Positions 24,719 to 25,192 of a stretch of 25,192 bases of DNA are shown piece by piece. Made by a program: the position numbers and the translations under genes. The notes below the pieces were generated by a model. The model worked only from the letters and a program-made list of their open reading frames with translations. It was not told the DNA's origin and did not search any database. The DNA comes from Candidatus Hydrothermales bacterium (lineage in GTDB: Bacteria; Hydrothermota; Hydrothermia; Hydrothermales; JAJRUZ01), in the NCBI GenBank assembly GCA_039630575.1, contig JBCNUW010000024.1, forward strand, positions 1 through 25,192, given 5' to 3'. Each line of letters starts with the position of its first letter. Position 1 is the first letter of the stretch.

Positions 24719-25192
24719 ATGAATTATTTTTTATTAGGTGTAATCTTTAACTTTTATGTAAAAGGATATTTAAGTTCTGATTCAAGTAGTGTTAAAATAG
24801 ATTATTATTTACCTGAAGGAATCTTAAAAATAGTTATAATTTACAATTACAAAGAGAAAGATTATATTGTAGCTGAATATAAAAATCCTTTTCCTGAAAA
24901 AAAGATAAAAGATTGTTTTATATGGGCAACTACTGGTAAATGGAGAAAAAAGGGGAATTTAAAGATAAAAGTATTTTATACTAATGGAGAAAAAGAATAT
25001 TTTATTTCTGGCGAGAATCTACCAATCTGGAATTTTAAAAATGAGGTCTCATCATTTCAAAGAAATGAAAGCCTAGTTGAGATAGAAAAAGGACATTGGA
25101 TAGATCCTTTGCTTATAAAAGTTTACAAAGGGTCAGATATTTATAGTTGGAGAACATTTGCTTATGATCCACAGCATACAGGTTATTATCCT
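24719..25192 (+). CDS. Exported protein with PQQ-like beta-propeller start (partial, runs off the window)
   Basis: Manual translation gives 158 open codons, MNYFLLGVIFNFY...SWRTFAYDPQHTGYYP. The end matches the W..F..D..HTG motif that precedes PQQ-like propellers. Absent from the ORF track because there is no stop in the window. Confidence 0.75.
   Translation, partial: MNYFLLGVIFNFYVKGYLSSDSSSVKIDYYLPEGILKIVIIYNYKEKDYIVAEYKNPFPEKKIKDCFIWATTGKWRKKGNLKIKVFYTNGEKEYFISGENLPIWNFKNEVSSFQRNESLVEIEKGHWIDPLLIKVYKGSDIYSWRTFAYDPQHTGYYP

Overview
Very AT-rich bacterial DNA with Lys/Glu/Ile-rich proteins and a GC-rich rRNA (147/240 G+C in the first 240 nt), which points to a low-GC thermophilic diderm. 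A WOR-3/Hydrothermia-like lineage is my guess only. The window opens with the 3' end of a 23S rRNA gene that has no 5S gene after it and runs head-on into a V/A-type ATPase cluster (G-I-K-E-C-F, with A/B/D absent). Next come an ABC_sub_bind protein with two degenerate histidine-kinase-like genes, a putative outer-membrane protein, era, a YbhB/YbcL protein and a thiolase-surA-S4(RqcP-like)-pdxA operon. These are followed by an AmmeMemoRadiSam radical SAM enzyme fused to an N-terminal Ub-Mut7C ubiquitin-like domain, pruA, thrS, infC, a degenerate nucleotidyltransferase, a B12-binding radical SAM protein, a TolB-like protein, neuA-neuB, a repeat-rich 576-bp spacer and a truncated PQQ-like propeller gene. 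The most striking unannotated signal is a tRNA T-arm-like hairpin (G-TTCAAWT-C closed by short stems that vary between copies). It occurs in sense orientation 22-35 nt upstream of five unrelated start codons (atpK, thiolase, pruA, infC, TolB-like), four of which lack a clear Shine-Dalgarno sequence. It is a candidate undescribed cis-acting mRNA element.
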